Assembly (NCBI GenBank): GCA_965215195.1
Contig: CBDCDC010000002.1
Location: forward strand, 3,104,001 to 3,168,000
DNA from: Candidatus Latescibacterota bacterium
Lineage (GTDB): Bacteria > Latescibacterota > UBA2968 > UBA8231
DNA: 64,000 nucleotides
Direction: 5' to 3'
Both the position numbers and the translations under genes were made by a program. How positions within the stretch are numbered: the stretch's first letter is position 1; the number at the start of each line of letters is the position of its first letter. Below are positions 62,683 to 64,000 of the stretch, in pieces. The notes beneath the pieces are model-generated. The model saw only the letters and a program-made list of their open reading frames with translations, was not told where the DNA came from and did not search any database.

Positions 62683-63822
62683 ATGAGCAAGCGCTACAAG
62701 GCCGGCGTCATCGGGCGCACGGGTGCCGGCGATTACGGCCACGGCTTGGAAACCGTTTACCGGGGCTTGGAGCAAGTGAATTTAGTCGCGGTGGCCGACC
62801 CCGATCCCGAGGGCCGCGCCGCAGCCGGCGAACGCACGAGTGCCCAGCGGCTCTACGCCGATTACCGTCAGATGCTCGCCGCGGAGGACTTGGATATAGT
62901 CAGCGTCTGTCCGCGAATGCCCGACTGCCACGCCGACATGGTCATCGCCTGTGCCGAGGCCGGGGTGCGAGGCGTGTTTATTGAGAAGCCGCTGACGCCC
63001 TCTCTGCGCGAAGCCGACGCCCTCTTGGCGGCCTGTCAGGAGCACGGCGTCAAGACCGCAGTGGCGCACCGACGCGCCAATCCCTACGAGCAGTACGGCA
63101 AAAAGCTGGTTGACGAGGGCGTTATCGGCCAGCTACAAGTGCTGCGCAGTCACGGCAAGTCCGACCACCGGGCCGGGTCTCAGGATCTGATGGTCTTGGG
63201 CACCCACATGATGGACAGCATGCGCTACTTCGCCGGGGCTGAGGTGGCTTGGGCCCACGGGCACGTCACCCAAGATGGGCGCGAGGTGACGTTGGCCGAT
63301 GTGCGGGAAGGGGACGAGCGCATCGGCTTGATCGCCGGCAACGGGGTGGCGGCGTACTACGTTTTTGAGAACGGAGTAACCGCGCATTTTGAATCGCAAC
63401 CGGGCTATCCAAAAGGGTTCAACAGCCGTTGGTTCGGCTTTGAGGCGCACGGCAGCGAGGGCATCATCGCCCTGCGCAATTCGCCCAACGGCGAGATGTA
63501 TATCTATCGCCAGGGTTTGTGGATCCCCGGCGAGGAAAACGGCACTTGGGAACGGGTGCTGTTGGACGAATGGGAACAGTACTCGGCGGGCGAGCGCACG
63601 CACCAGAGCAATTTGATCATTGTGCGGGAATTGATCCAAGCCATTGAAGAGGATCGCTCGGTGCGGGCCTGTTCCAGCGGCGAGGACGGGCGAGCAGCTC
63701 TGGAAATGATCATGGCGGTACACGAGTCGCAGCGCTTGGGCACGCGGGTGTCCTTGCCTTTGGCGAACCGGGAGAATCCCTATGAGACTTGGCGACGGCA
63801 GCATGGGGAAAAGGCGACATAG
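62683..63822 (+). CDS. Gfo/Idh/MocA oxidoreductase
   Basis: LVAVADP, YADYRQML, FIEKP, GTHMMD. Confidence 0.92.
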   Translation: MSKRYKAGVIGRTGAGDYGHGLETVYRGLEQVNLVAVADPDPEGRAAAGERTSAQRLYADYRQMLAAEDLDIVSVCPRMPDCHADMVIACAEAGVRGVFIEKPLTPSLREADALLAACQEHGVKTAVAHRRANPYEQYGKKLVDEGVIGQLQVLRSHGKSDHRAGSQDLMVLGTHMMDSMRYFAGAEVAWAHGHVTQDGREVTLADVREGDERIGLIAGNGVAAYYVFENGVTAHFESQPGYPKGFNSRWFGFEAHGSEGIIALRNSPNGEMYIYRQGLWIPGEENGTWERVLLDEWEQYSAGERTHQSNLIIVRELIQAIEEDRSVRACSSGEDGRAALEMIMAVHESQRLGTRVSLPLANRENPYETWRRQHGEKAT

Positions 63823-64000
63823 GCCGTTTGTCGCTTGCCATAGAAATTAGGTGGTCACCGTCTGGCTCGAGCGTTGCTCGAAGGAACTACGACTATCAAG
63901 GCCGTCCAATTTGCACAGATGCCCGAGCCAGACGTCATCGAAGATATTTGATAGTGGCCATCGCTTAACAGCGGGTTAATGCTGCGCGGCCTTCGCCGCT

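Overview
A high-GC bacterial chromosome segment. The FlgD/T9SS-like C-terminal domain, DUF5686 outer-membrane protein, WD40 protein and three PhyH dioxygenases suggest an FCB-group organism such as Latescibacterota or Gemmatimonadota (inference). Housekeeping content: gltA (partial), hpf, pntA1/A2/B, an Lrp regulator, gltBD, UbiD, amidases, tRNA-Glu, pdxS/pdxT and a sigma54-regulated MacAB-type ABC operon. The main result is a visibly AT-richer, 7-gene minus-strand island (14250-25816). In transcription order it encodes a 2x RNAP alpha-CTD + sigma70-region-4 protein, a GNAT acetyltransferase fused to a TGT/DpdA-like base-exchange enzyme, an uncharacterised protein, a small P-loop NTPase, a large coiled-coil ATPase, a PglZ-type phosphatase and a HerA-type ATPase. 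It looks like a BREX-related defence system that uses a transglycosylase instead of a methyltransferase. The large ATPase is interrupted near its 3' end by a 123-bp MITE (perfect 17-bp TIRs, TTA duplication); removing it restores a 1361-aa ORF. Other accessory signals are four more MITE-like elements (three with nested REP-like hairpins), a 264-bp gene-end duplication around a RelE/HigA pair, and several decayed toxin-antitoxin fragments. All domain calls are by-eye motif recognition; no database search was run.
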